From the NCBI GenBank assembly GCA_024275415.1, contig JAJRZD010000024.1, positions 30,001 to 62,000 of the forward strand: a DNA stretch of 32,000 bases, written 5' to 3'. Positions 17,408 through 26,207 of this stretch are shown piece by piece. Under the pieces are notes generated by a model. The model saw only the letters and a list, made by a program, of their open reading frames with translations. It was not told the DNA's origin and ran no database searches. Position 1 is the stretch's first letter. Each line of letters opens with the position of its first letter. The translations under genes and the position numbers were made by a program. The DNA is from an archaeon (lineage in GTDB: Archaea; Asgardarchaeota; Thorarchaeia; Thorarchaeales; Thorarchaeaceae).

Positions 17408-18043
17408 GTGTCTTGGGTACAGGAATTGATTGAGATTGCAAGAGCAGCGGATGGGAGAGTGGCACCAACATTCGGGCCTCATCACATAGCTGTGGCACTA
17501 ACCATGATAGGAAGAGAGCAACCGATTGGGAGATACGAGCTGTGCGAACGGATGTCAGTCGGTGAGGGAAGCGCAAGAACTCTTTTGAAACGGCTGAAGG
17601 ATGCAAGATATATCAAAGCAAAAGGAAGAGAGGGGCAGATGTTGACAGGGAAGGGTGTCCGTCTATTCGAGAAAATCACAGTAGATGTGCCATTAGGATT
17701 GAAACTCGACCTGCGAGAAATTGTGATTCATCAACACGCATTCTCATATCTAGTGAAAAGAAAAGCCAGCAAGGTTACTGATGGGCTGAGGCAACGTGAT
17801 GAGGCTATAATCCGGGGAGGAGTAGGCAAGGCTGGTGCAACGACACTGATCCAGAAGAACGGGTTGCTGTATCTACCTCCGAACGACTACAACATACTTA
17901 ACGAGTATGAACATGATGCCCTCCTAATCACAGAGAGCCTTAGGGTCGAAGATGGCGACGTTGTTGTCATCGGAAGTGCAGACAGTGAGAACCTAGCACG
18001 AGAGGTTTCCATGGCTGCAGTCTTGACCTTGTTTGAGGAATAG
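17408..18043 (+). CDS. Archaeal winged-helix protein (DUF4443-type C-terminal domain)
   Basis: GRVAPTFGPHHI...PIGRYELCERMSVGEGSARTLLKRL...LTGKG; DGLRQRDEAIIRGG..GATTL; DGDVVVIGSAD. Confidence 0.8.
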   Translation: MSWVQELIEIARAADGRVAPTFGPHHIAVALTMIGREQPIGRYELCERMSVGEGSARTLLKRLKDARYIKAKGREGQMLTGKGVRLFEKITVDVPLGLKLDLREIVIHQHAFSYLVKRKASKVTDGLRQRDEAIIRGGVGKAGATTLIQKNGLLYLPPNDYNILNEYEHDALLITESLRVEDGDVVVIGSADSENLAREVSMAAVLTLFEE

Positions 18044-18045
18044 AC

Positions 18046-18867
18046 ATGCAGAGCGACATATACGGCAACGTGCCTAGCATCGTCATTGATGTGCATGAAA
18101 CCGGCGGAAAAGGAATGAACGCTGTAAAGCATCTGATGAGTATATTAGACAAGGAGAATGTCCGATACGTCATCAAGAAGATACCCATTGGTGATGTGCT
18201 AGGACCAGAGGGAGTTGTCGTTGAAAGGAAGACCGTGAATGATCTTGTCAATACATTGAAAGGTAGCTCTTCAGGAGTGCCTCGGCTAACCAGACAACTC
18301 GATGCATTACTACAATATGAAAAGCCCTATGTCCTGATAGAGAATATCCTTGCAATTCGCAGAAATCCAATGAAGGGCTGTATCTATGTTCCGTTCTCCA
18401 CGAAAAGAACCAAGAACAAGCCATTTTTTGTCACAATGGAACGAGCAAGCTTCATTCATCCTAGCTCATTAGATGCATTAATTGCAAGCATCGAAGAAAG
18501 AGGGATTGGAGTGTTGAGAGGGTTCAACGCAATGCATTCCGCAGGACTTCTCTTTGGGGTTCTTTCTAGTGAAGAGGCGTTGAGAGAGAAGAAAGGACAA
18601 CGACTGCCTGTGATCAGAACTCGAAAGGGCTCTGGAAATCAGAACGAGAGCCAGGAATTCTTCATTGCAGGATTGCCCCGGATTAATGTGGTAAGGGCTA
18701 AGGAACTTCTTGAGAAATACGGCACCCCTTATGAAACCCTGATGAGGGTGGATGAGTGGGGAGATATTCCAGGGATCGGAGCGAAGACGATTGCAGCAGC
18801 AAAGAAAATCCTCTTTTCACAATATGTGACCGAAGACCACGACTCTGCCAAGAAAACGGATGGTTAG
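18046..18867 (+). CDS. Short-form XPF/ERCC4 structure-specific endonuclease with HhH2 domain
   Basis: VIDVHE, IGDV, VVERKTVND (ERKxxxD), C-terminal IAGLPRINVVRAKELL...IPGIGAKT; no helicase domain. Confidence 0.85.
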   Translation: MQSDIYGNVPSIVIDVHETGGKGMNAVKHLMSILDKENVRYVIKKIPIGDVLGPEGVVVERKTVNDLVNTLKGSSSGVPRLTRQLDALLQYEKPYVLIENILAIRRNPMKGCIYVPFSTKRTKNKPFFVTMERASFIHPSSLDALIASIEERGIGVLRGFNAMHSAGLLFGVLSSEEALREKKGQRLPVIRTRKGSGNQNESQEFFIAGLPRINVVRAKELLEKYGTPYETLMRVDEWGDIPGIGAKTIAAAKKILFSQYVTEDHDSAKKTDG

Positions 18868-18927
18868 ACGCCACCACGATATTTTTAAAAGCTCAAAGTA
18901 TTCTCCAGTCATAGAATAGTTGAAACG

Positions 18928-20025
18928 GTGAACATCATGGGAGAAGTACGTGTTGCCATCGCAGGTCTCGGTAACTGTGCATCTGCACTTATCCAAGGGA
19001 CTCACTATTATCGACATGCCAAGGCTGAAGATGAAGTCCCAGGGCTTATGCATGTTGATTTTGGTGGCTATTATCCAAAAGACATCAAGTACGTCGCAGC
19101 ATTTGATGTGAACAGGAATAAGATTGGCTTGGACATCGCAGAGGCAATATGGGTCGAGCCAAACTGCTGTGCTGTTTTCGCACCTGATGTGCCAAAGACT
19201 GGCGTGAAAGTCCTTCCGGGTCCAATATCTGATGGCGTCGCTCCGCACATGAGAGAGTCTTTCTTCACATATGATGAGAACGAGGTAGAACCAGTAGATG
19301 TAGCCGAAGAGTTGCGCAGAGCAAAGGCAGACATGCTCATATCATATCTCCCAGTAGGAAGTGCTGATGCCGCACGAATCTATGCCGATGCCGCAATCGA
19401 GGCAGAGGTTGGCTTCATCAACGCATTTCCTGAATTCATCGTATCAGACCCTAACAGCCCCCATGCCCAGGCTTTCGAGAAGAAAGGGATTCCTGCTGCA
19501 GGTGATGATATCAAGAGCCAACTGGGCGCAACGATACTTCATCGGGTGTTGGCACAGCTCTTTGACAAAAGAGGTCTGATCCTAGAGAACACCTACCAAC
19601 TGAACATCGGGGGGAACACTGACTTCGAAAACATGCAAGTCGAGAACCGACTCAAGTCCAAGAGGATTAGCAAGACTGAAGCCGTCACCAGTTGTGTAGA
19701 CTATGAACTCCCAACAAAGATTGGACCAAGCGATTATGTCCCATTCCTTGAGGACAACAAGGTCTGTTACATCAGTATGCGGTCAAAGGCTTTTGGAGAC
19801 CTCCCACTTGATCTTGATTTGAAACTATCAGTTCAGGACTCACCGAACAGTGGTGGGGTGATTATCGATGTGGCACGCGCTGTCAAGATCGCTCTGGATA
19901 GGGGGGTAGGCGGCGAACTGTCCAGTATCAGCTCGTACAGTTTCAAGCACCCACGATATCAGATTGACGACTTCGAAGCACGGAAACGGGTTGATGAATT
20001 CATCGAGGGGAAGCGAGAGAGGTAA
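18928..20025 (+). CDS. ino1: Myo-inositol-1-phosphate synthase
   Basis: VAIAGLGNCASALIQG, SYLPVGS, GDDIKSQLGAT, YQLNIGGNTDFENM, SKRISKT, EDNK, DSPNSGG, SYSFKHP. Confidence 0.97.
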   Translation: MNIMGEVRVAIAGLGNCASALIQGTHYYRHAKAEDEVPGLMHVDFGGYYPKDIKYVAAFDVNRNKIGLDIAEAIWVEPNCCAVFAPDVPKTGVKVLPGPISDGVAPHMRESFFTYDENEVEPVDVAEELRRAKADMLISYLPVGSADAARIYADAAIEAEVGFINAFPEFIVSDPNSPHAQAFEKKGIPAAGDDIKSQLGATILHRVLAQLFDKRGLILENTYQLNIGGNTDFENMQVENRLKSKRISKTEAVTSCVDYELPTKIGPSDYVPFLEDNKVCYISMRSKAFGDLPLDLDLKLSVQDSPNSGGVIIDVARAVKIALDRGVGGELSSISSYSFKHPRYQIDDFEARKRVDEFIEGKRER

Positions 20026-20165
20026 TCGCTGGTATTGAGATAGTGCCTTCCGATTGAAGGCGCCATCCCATTTCTTTTTGCTCTAGCATTGACACTTGAC
20101 GCAATAAAAACCAAGGGTGCGCCATCTTTAAACAAAAGAATTTTTGATGGCGCATTTGTTCCAGA

Positions 20166-21302
20166 CTAGATTCCAGTGAAACTATCAACCGTCTTCTGGT
20201 CTAATCGTTTGATCACTTCGACAACCAACTGCACTGCTGCTTCCACGTCGCCCAAATCAAGGATGCCATGATGCGAGTGGATATAGCGGGTAGGAATCCC
20301 AAGGAACAAGGAAGGAGCACCCATTCCAGCCAAGTGAATCTGTCCGGCATCGGTGCCTCCAGCAGGAAGAAACGCGGCTTGATGTTTGATACCCACCTCT
20401 TCAGCTACCTCAAGGACAAACTTCCTCAAGCGAGGGTTAGGAATCATCGAGCCATCACCAGCTGATATTGCCACTCCTTTACCCATTTTCTGGACAAGTC
20501 CCTTTGAACCAGGCGAATCTCCAGAGATATCGACATCTAGTGCAAAGCCAATATCAGGTTGAATCATCTGAGCAGAGGTCTTGGCGCCACGGAGACCTAC
20601 CTCCTCCTGCACCGTTGACACCGCATAGACTGTGTTAGGATGCTCGATGTTCTCTTCTGCAAGTCGCCGGAGGGCCTCCAATATGATGAACACTCCGATA
20701 CGATCGTCGAATGCCTTGGCAGAAACAAGGGTGACCTCGACAGTCTTCTCCTCGGCATCCTTATCATCCTCATCTTTCTCCTTGCGCTCACGTTTCATAG
20801 TCCGGAAATACGAAAGCGGTACAGCAGGATCTCCTACACGTATGCCCAGCGCCTCCACCTCTTTCTTCGATGAGCAGCCAATGTCAATGTACATCTTGTC
20901 TTTTGTCACTACCTTGCTGCGTTCCTCTGGCGAAAGCACATGTGGGGGTGGTGCCCCTATCACACCGACGATCTTGTCACCTCCCTTGAAGGGACGTATG
21001 ACAACCTCCTGTGTGAGAAGTGTCTGATCCCACCATCCGCCCAATTGATGGAATTTAAGGTAGCCCTCTTTTGTGATTTCTTTGATGACGAAACCAATCT
21101 CGTCCACATGCCCAGCGAGCATGATTTTTGGTCCCGAGTTCCCCTTCTTGAACACGACGGAACCGAGCCTATCGAACAGAATCTCATCGGCAAATTGTTT
21201 CCCATACTCGTGCGCGATTCTCTGAGCCTCTGATTCGTGTCCACTGGGACCGAAGGCATTGCAGAGGTTTTCTAGGAATTTGATATCAAGTGTGTTAACC
21301 AT
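20166..21302 (-). CDS. M42 family metallo-aminopeptidase (TET-like); start probably ATG 21302
   Basis: GPSGHE, IMLAGHVDEIG, LGGWW, MYIDIG, KAFDDRIG, TVQEEVGLRGA, GGTDAG, PTRYIHS. Confidence 0.93.
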   Translation of the reverse strand: MVNTLDIKFLENLCNAFGPSGHESEAQRIAHEYGKQFADEILFDRLGSVVFKKGNSGPKIMLAGHVDEIGFVIKEITKEGYLKFHQLGGWWDQTLLTQEVVIRPFKGGDKIVGVIGAPPPHVLSPEERSKVVTKDKMYIDIGCSSKKEVEALGIRVGDPAVPLSYFRTMKRERKEKDEDDKDAEEKTVEVTLVSAKAFDDRIGVFIILEALRRLAEENIEHPNTVYAVSTVQEEVGLRGAKTSAQMIQPDIGFALDVDISGDSPGSKGLVQKMGKGVAISAGDGSMIPNPRLRKFVLEVAEEVGIKHQAAFLPAGGTDAGQIHLAGMGAPSLFLGIPTRYIHSHHGILDLGDVEAAVQLVVEVIKRLDQKTVDSFTGI

Positions 21303-21388
21303 CAACAACCATCTCAAATCATGGGTTTGTGATAGTTTGAACAATAGGTAGCGACTATAGTGTGTTTTGGTCAGTACAACGCTGGCTA

Positions 21389-21919
21389 TCAGACAGTTGA
21401 CTGCGCCAGCATATAGAACGCTTCCTCGATATTCTGCCCAGTGAGCGCGCTAGTTTCAAGGTAGGCGACCAGACCGTTCTCCTCCACAAACTGCTCACCC
21501 ATCTCAGTAGTGATTACTCTTTCATCGGCAAGATCAATCTTATTGGCAAGGAGGATGATGGGGATCCGCATACCCAATGCGGAATCAGTTTCTTCGAGCC
21601 ATCGTGGCAATTCCAGCCATGTGTTTTTACGGGTCACATCAAAAACGAGTAGTGCACCCTTTGAGCCCTTGTAGTAGCTCTTTCTGATGAAATCAAATCG
21701 ATCCTGACCTGCGAGATCCCACACAAGTAATTTGACCTTGACATCCGATCCAGCCTGAGATTTCACTGATACCGTCTTGACGGCGAATTGAGAGCCGATG
21801 GTAACGATGTATTGGTCTGAGAATTTCTGAGTCAAGAAGCGGTTCACGATTGCAGTCTTACCACTCCCACCAGCTCCTATCATACATACCTTTCTCATGT
21901 AGTCAAAAGATTCGCTCAT
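21389..21919 (-). CDS. Rab-like small GTPase
   Basis: GAGGSGKT, YIVTIGSQF, KLLVWDLAGQDRF, YYKGS, LVFDVT, NKID, ETSALTG. Confidence 0.93.
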   Translation of the reverse strand: MSESFDYMRKVCMIGAGGSGKTAIVNRFLTQKFSDQYIVTIGSQFAVKTVSVKSQAGSDVKVKLLVWDLAGQDRFDFIRKSYYKGSKGALLVFDVTRKNTWLELPRWLEETDSALGMRIPIILLANKIDLADERVITTEMGEQFVEENGLVAYLETSALTGQNIEEAFYMLAQSTV

Positions 21920-22111
21920 TCTGGGTTGTCCTCTTGATTATAGATTTTGAAAGCGTTCCAAAGTTCCCTGCCGAGGGAGTGGTTCCGCTGTATTTAGGCT
22001 TTTTCGGAGTAGATACCTGACTTGTATGGCGCGTTCCAGATAAATGAAACGTTCGTGTACGAAGGGATTATATCGGAATGTCCGCTTTCAGCAGTTGCCG
22101 GGAGGATTATA

Positions 22112-22300
22112 ATGAACCTGATTACCGTCAAGATGAGCGAAATTTACGTGAAAGGATTAGATAGACTGGTAGAGATGGGAATGTACCCTTCACGGAGTGA
22201 AGCAATTAGGGTGGCAATCAGGGATCTTTTGATGAAAGAACTCTGGCCAATCGAAGGTCTCCCTGGCAGATTGGGCAAAGAGGACGACCAGATCGAATAG
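22112..22300 (+). CDS. Ribbon-helix-helix regulator (CopG/Arc/MetJ; CdrS-like), 62 aa
   Basis: GGAGG at 22101-22105 then ATG 22112; MNLITVKMSEIYVKGLDRLVEMGMYPSRSEAIRVAIRDLL. Confidence 0.85.
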   Translation: MNLITVKMSEIYVKGLDRLVEMGMYPSRSEAIRVAIRDLLMKELWPIEGLPGRLGKEDDQIE

Positions 22301-22385
22301 GCACCCTGTTGTACCACACCCGAAAGAATGATTAGGACAGGATTCTGCACGGATACATGACACGCTACATGGAGGACATTCGCAA

Positions 22386-22898
22386 TTGAATATTCGAATC
22401 CTATTCAAGAGTTTCAAGTTTGCATTTCGTGCTCGGAAACGTGTATTCTCATTCATAGTCATCTATGCAATGCTGTACGTATTTGTCGCAAAAGGCATTG
22501 ACCTATTGGGAGTCCCATCGCTACTGATGGCATTCATAGTAGCCACCATATATGCCATCCTTATAGCTCAATTCCGTCGCAGGGATATCGCCATCCTGAA
22601 ATGTGTTTCTTGGAGTAATTCAGAGATACTGCTCCTTTTGATTGGAGAGGTAATTCTTGTATCATTCACGGCATTCCTGATTGTATTTCAACTGAGTGTA
22701 GAGATACTAGGACTGATGGCCTATTTTGGAACCATTGGCACTGCATTGTTCACAGACATCTATAATGCGATTGCAATCGAGGCAGGGCCCATGGCCACTA
22801 CATTGTTCTACATCATCATCCTTCAGATTCCGGGACTGGTGCTGGCACAGCTAAGGGCAATGAGCATCCCGCCTATGAAGGCTCTTAGGGAGGAATGA
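22386..22898 (+). CDS. Minimal FtsX/MacB-like ABC permease
   Basis: Four hydrophobic segments; RRRDIAILKCVSWSNSEILLLLIGE and AMSIPPMKALREE match the FtsX-family C-terminal pattern; GGAGG before TTG. Confidence 0.85.
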   Translation: MNIRILFKSFKFAFRARKRVFSFIVIYAMLYVFVAKGIDLLGVPSLLMAFIVATIYAILIAQFRRRDIAILKCVSWSNSEILLLLIGEVILVSFTAFLIVFQLSVEILGLMAYFGTIGTALFTDIYNAIAIEAGPMATTLFYIIILQIPGLVLAQLRAMSIPPMKALREE

Positions 22899-22902
22899 TA
22901 AC

Positions 22903-23589
22903 ATGGCAAATCCAATAATCAGGCTTGAGGGTGTAGACAAAGAGTATGGTAGGGGAAAGAACACTGTTGCCGCACTGAAGAACATCAACTTGGAAATTCA
23001 GCCAGGCGAGTTCATCGCCGTAGTTGGACCTTCGGGTTGTGGGAAGTCCACGTTATTGCATGTGATGGCAGGACTTGAACAGCCATCTGATGGGAGGATA
23101 TTGCTCGACGGTGTGGATGTCACACTGATAAGCGAACGCGACCTCCCAAAGGTGAGAGCACAGAAGATTGGTTTCGTCTTTCAGTCATTCCTCTTAATCG
23201 AGGATCTGACAGCATATGAGAACATTGAAGCCGTCCTGTGGCCAATCGAGGAGTACAACAAGGAAAAGCAGGAATCAATGACACTTGATGTCCTTCGTGA
23301 GGTGGATATGCTTGAGCGTAGAGACCATCGTCCGTTGCAGCTTAGCGGGGGAGAACAGCAACGTATAGCAATCGCCCGCGCATTGGTCAATAGTCCTCCA
23401 ATTCTTTTCTGCGACGAGCCTACTGGAAATCTTGACTCGGGGACTGGAGATACAATCATGAAACTGATTGCACGACTGAACCGAGAACGAAAGATGACTG
23501 TTGTGCTGGTCACACATAATGAAGAATTGACAAAATATGCAAAGCGTGTTGTCCGGATGAGAGATGGTGCAATCACATCGATTAAGTAG
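22903..23589 (+). CDS. ABC transporter ATP-binding protein (LolD/MacB/FtsE family)
   Basis: GPSGCGKST, IGFVFQ, LSGGEQQRIAIARAL, CDEPTGNLD, VTHN. Confidence 0.95.
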   Translation: MANPIIRLEGVDKEYGRGKNTVAALKNINLEIQPGEFIAVVGPSGCGKSTLLHVMAGLEQPSDGRILLDGVDVTLISERDLPKVRAQKIGFVFQSFLLIEDLTAYENIEAVLWPIEEYNKEKQESMTLDVLREVDMLERRDHRPLQLSGGEQQRIAIARALVNSPPILFCDEPTGNLDSGTGDTIMKLIARLNRERKMTVVLVTHNEELTKYAKRVVRMRDGAITSIK

Positions 23590-23620
23590 GGGCCGCCAGT
23601 ACGGCGGTGCCCCCTTTTTT
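23589..23620 (+). terminator. GC-rich hairpin followed by T7
   Basis: GGGG-CCGCC-AGTAC-GGCGG-TG-CCCC-TTTTTTT immediately after the ABC ATPase stop. Confidence 0.75.
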
Positions 23621-23675
23621 GAAATTAGGCTAGATGCTAATTATTATAGGCATAGCGCGTGGAGTGCCATTTGTG

Positions 23676-24506
23676 ATGGAGAAAGCTGAATGCAAACACT
23701 TGCTGGACAAAGCCGAAAAAGAGGCAAAGCAAGGCAATAATGAAACATCCGCAGAGTTGTTTGTGTCAGCGGCTAAATGTTGGTCCAGATGGGAGTTTTT
23801 TAGCAAGGCGGCAAAGGCTTACGAACGAGCTTACGAGCACGCGATGCTGGCACACAAATATGCAGAAGCAGCTGAAAGTATGAAATCTGCAGGGTATTGT
23901 TGGATCCGAGAGAGCGAGCATGAGAAATTTGAGGTGGACTATCAGATTGCGTCTGAGGCATACATCTATGCTGCTGAGGAAGAAAAAAATCCTGTCAGAT
24001 TTGTTGATGGGGCATTCTGTGCCATAGTCGGTGGAGACTTGGAGCTAGCTCGTCAATTGATACATGCTGCGGCAGAAACAACGAAGGGTAAAGCCAAGGA
24101 GATGATCAATCTTTGCCTGATGCTCAATGAGTATCATTTTGGAGATGCAGACATGTATATTGAAGCTGCACTGACGCGAGTCTTAGATAGAAATGCGATA
24201 AAGGAGATTCGTGAGATGTTTTTCCTGTCCTTTGCGGCTTTTGTCCGTTCATCGTTGGAGTCTGAAGTTGCAGTGACTGTCAATAGCCTCTCTGAAAGCA
24301 CCGGACTCGATAAACATAAAGTAAGACAGATGGTTAATCGGGGGATTGTACAGGGACATATCCCAGCTTATTTGGATCAGGATTCGGAGGAGTTGGTGAT
24401 TGATAGCGACCGCTTGGATCTTTCGGATCTCCGAAGAAGGAAACGACCAATTCTCAGCAGGGATCTACGTGACCCTGGCGCATGGGACATGCAACTTGAT
24501 GATTGA
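23676..24506 (+). CDS. SNAP-like/TPR helical repeat protein with PCI-like winged-helix C-terminus; start probably ATG 23676
   Basis: AEKEAKQG...SAELFVSAAKCW...KAAKAYERA...EAAESMKSAG helical hairpins; C-terminal VTVNSLSESTGL...MVNRGIVQGHIPAYLDQDSEELVI. Confidence 0.6.
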   Translation: MEKAECKHLLDKAEKEAKQGNNETSAELFVSAAKCWSRWEFFSKAAKAYERAYEHAMLAHKYAEAAESMKSAGYCWIRESEHEKFEVDYQIASEAYIYAAEEEKNPVRFVDGAFCAIVGGDLELARQLIHAAAETTKGKAKEMINLCLMLNEYHFGDADMYIEAALTRVLDRNAIKEIREMFFLSFAAFVRSSLESEVAVTVNSLSESTGLDKHKVRQMVNRGIVQGHIPAYLDQDSEELVIDSDRLDLSDLRRRKRPILSRDLRDPGAWDMQLDD

Positions 24507-24654
24507 ATGGTGAGGGGCTATGCTAGTTCACGCATGCAAGATTAAAATTGGAGTGCTTACTCGGTAGTGTATACCATAAGGCAGGAGTCGGTGCATATCG
24601 TCGAAAGCATTTTTAGTACGATTGCGTCACTGACTACCTGCATAAACGGCAACT

Positions 24655-24885
24655 ATGGGTGTAAAACTAATGAAAGACGGGCTGAAATGGCTTCAATGTC
24701 CTGTATGTAAGGAAACGATATCATGGCAGGTTCCGAAGGAAGCTCTAAAGGGAGTGAAGCGGTTTCCAGCGCCAGTAATCATCAAACATCATGATCACTA
24801 TATTATCTGTTATATGGACAGTCACTTCCAGCTGGCCGATACAGAAGCTGCATTATCGTGTGTCGAAGGTAGCTCTCGGAAATAA
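24655..24885 (+). CDS. Small putative zinc-binding protein
   Basis: CPVC plus HHDH; 76 aa. Confidence 0.65.
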   Translation: MGVKLMKDGLKWLQCPVCKETISWQVPKEALKGVKRFPAPVIIKHHDHYIICYMDSHFQLADTEAALSCVEGSSRK

Positions 24886-24896
24886 GTCATTTCGTT

Positions 24897-25439
24897 TTAC
24901 GAGTCCAGCCCGTTGTCAAGTGCCCATTCCAGAACTTGTGCAGCCTGTGTGCTTGAAATTCCCCAAATTTGTAACTTGTTGATGAGTTCTCGGATACCAT
25001 CGACCCAGTCCTTGAGAAGATCACGTATTCGAAAGACGACATTAGCGTTCTCTGACTCCTTTAGTATAGACAAGAACTTGGTGACAAGGCTCTGCGAGAA
25101 GACAAGAATTGTTTCAAGTCGAGCAATCCACTCTTCACGAGGCAGACCGGTCAATGTCTGTGCCACTGAAAGGTGGTAATCATACTGCGTAGCGAAGTAT
25201 CTGAGACGCCAGCTCAGGAATTCAATCAGTAGTGTTCGATAGGCATCGCTTGGCGCAGTCCTCATAAGAAGTAGCAAGAATCGTTCGGTCATCTCATCTG
25301 CCGACACACTGGCTTCGTAGAATTGAGCCATTGCCTGTTGGTACTGACCATTGGACAAACTCTTTTCTGCATCATGCGCGGCATTCTTGAACTTCTGAAC
25401 GAGGGATCTAGTAGAGTCGAGTTCATAGTTAGGGGTCAC
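24897..25439 (-). CDS. Hypothetical all-helical protein
   Basis: 180-aa ORF starting 2 bp after the upstream stop; amphipathic helical composition. Confidence 0.7.
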   Translation of the reverse strand: MTPNYELDSTRSLVQKFKNAAHDAEKSLSNGQYQQAMAQFYEASVSADEMTERFLLLLMRTAPSDAYRTLLIEFLSWRLRYFATQYDYHLSVAQTLTGLPREEWIARLETILVFSQSLVTKFLSILKESENANVVFRIRDLLKDWVDGIRELINKLQIWGISSTQAAQVLEWALDNGLDS

Positions 25440-25441
25440 CG

Positions 25442-25879
25442 TTACTTTGCACCTCCTTTCGTAACACCATACTCGTCTCCCGTAAGATAGACAGTTTCCA
25501 CCTCGTGGACAACATCTAAGCTACGAAGCCATGCAATGAACTCTTCAATTTTGTCCTTGTCTTGGATAGCGAAGTAGCCCTCCCACAAGCATGAATCCTC
25601 TAGCGGGCAGAACCCAGTTGAATGAAGCAATCGGATATCGGATTGACGAATCCTCGCATAAAGTATGTGGGATGCTTCGGTGAATGAGCCCAGATCTAAC
25701 GAAACGCGGACATGAACTGTGAAATTGGAGATTATTGGTATCACGCGCAAGAAGCCGCTCCTAGAACGTATTATGAGTACCTCGGATTTGTCCTGTAACC
25801 CAATTGCATTGAGGTGTTGTTTTATACTAATCATGCCGTCTGTTATTTTTGAAACCGACCCCTCAGTTAGTTGTTTCAT
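25442..25879 (-). CDS. Hypothetical protein, possible AbrB-like N-terminus and ACT-like C-terminus; start ATG 25879
   Basis: ATG overlaps upstream TGA (ATGA); GMISIKQHLNAIGLQDKSEVLI, then beta-alpha-beta-beta-alpha-beta pattern ending LRSLDVVHEVETVYL. Confidence 0.55.
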   Translation of the reverse strand: MKQLTEGSVSKITDGMISIKQHLNAIGLQDKSEVLIIRSRSGFLRVIPIISNFTVHVRVSLDLGSFTEASHILYARIRQSDIRLLHSTGFCPLEDSCLWEGYFAIQDKDKIEEFIAWLRSLDVVHEVETVYLTGDEYGVTKGGAK

Positions 25880-26145
25880 ACATTCCATCCTACTAGTTCT
25901 TTCAAAACTTTGCTGCCATATTGTGTCTTGAGATATCGCCCCTTCTCGATGCGTATCAGTCCTAAGGTGGATAACAGGGGAATCTTTACCGCCAGACACG
26001 ACTTGCTTATGGTTCCCAACCGGGTGATATCAGCATTTGTCTGGCATCCCTGAAAGATAAGAGTGAGTATTTCAATCCCAAGTTCACCTAGGAGGTATCC
26101 AATGGTTGAGATGTCCAATCTCTTTTCTAGTTCACTGGGACCCAT
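25876..26145 (-). CDS. Small winged-helix protein
   Basis: EILTLIFQGCQTNADITRLGTISKSCLAVKIPLLSTLGLI...YLKTQYGSKVL. Confidence 0.7.
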   Translation of the reverse strand: MGPSELEKRLDISTIGYLLGELGIEILTLIFQGCQTNADITRLGTISKSCLAVKIPLLSTLGLIRIEKGRYLKTQYGSKVLKELVGWNV

Positions 26146-26207
26146 TTCAGGTTTGTATATTAACTATATGCGGAAAAAGAAAGCTGCGATGTCCTCTAAG
26201 AGAGCAC

